Source of the DNA: a virus
Reading direction: 5' to 3' (one strand)
IMG/VR virus record: IMGVR_UViG_3300031669_000002
Location: 113,975-177,974 of that record
DNA length: 64,000 bases
Shown here: positions 63,950 through 64,000 of the stretch, piece by piece
Layout: every line of letters begins with the position of its first letter
How positions within the stretch are numbered: the stretch's first letter is position 1
Notes under the pieces: generated by a model
What the model saw: the letters and a program-made list of their open reading frames with translations, nothing else
Told to the model about the DNA's origin: nothing
Database searches by the model: none
Made by a program: the position numbers and the translations under genes

Positions 63950-64000
63950 ATGGCAGAAGAAGTGGTAGGAAAAGTTTCAAAGCCGGAGCAACCTCGCCGT
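63950..64000 (+). CDS. Start of a gene truncated by the window end
   Basis: ATG GCA GAA GAA..., open to the end. Confidence 0.4.
   Translation, partial: MAEEVVGKVSKPEQPRR

Noticed and set aside
1-64000. Genome-wide stop-codon reassignment suggested by the UGA in the release factor
   Set aside because: Many well-formed genes end in TGA or TAG with normal coupling, ORFs are full length under code 11, and no CUA or UCA suppressor tRNA was found.

Overview
This window is part of a large lytic T4-like (myovirus/jumbo-type) bacteriophage genome. There is no rRNA, CRISPR array or integrase. Cold-shock and ErpA genes look betaproteobacterial, which suggests the host group (inference). Bases 1-33,300 are a late morphogenesis and recombination block: gp14/gp13 neck, dNMP kinase, tail sheath and tube, gp4, a three-piece terminase large subunit joined by two atypically split inteins, gp32, UvsX and UvsY. 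Bases 33,300-52,000 are an RNA island with about 58 tRNA or tRNA-like genes covering all 20 amino acids, interleaved with about 11 homing endonuclease genes (HEGs) and many unexplained structured RNAs. Bases 52,000-64,000 hold accessory genes, a circularly permuted two-piece tmRNA, and a release-factor gene with an in-frame UGA. The most striking observations are: (1) an RNase P RNA gene with a complete tmRNA-like alanyl-tRNA domain nested inside it; (2) a terminase encoded in three pieces; (3) a leader peptide containing all 20 amino acids coupled to a terminator/antiterminator in front of the tRNA island; (4) the permuted tmRNA with a 31-codon tag; (5) the UGA-interrupted release factor; (6) a three-copy small-RNA family, two copies of which display bare anticodon loops. 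All RNA structures were folded by eye and no database searches were run.
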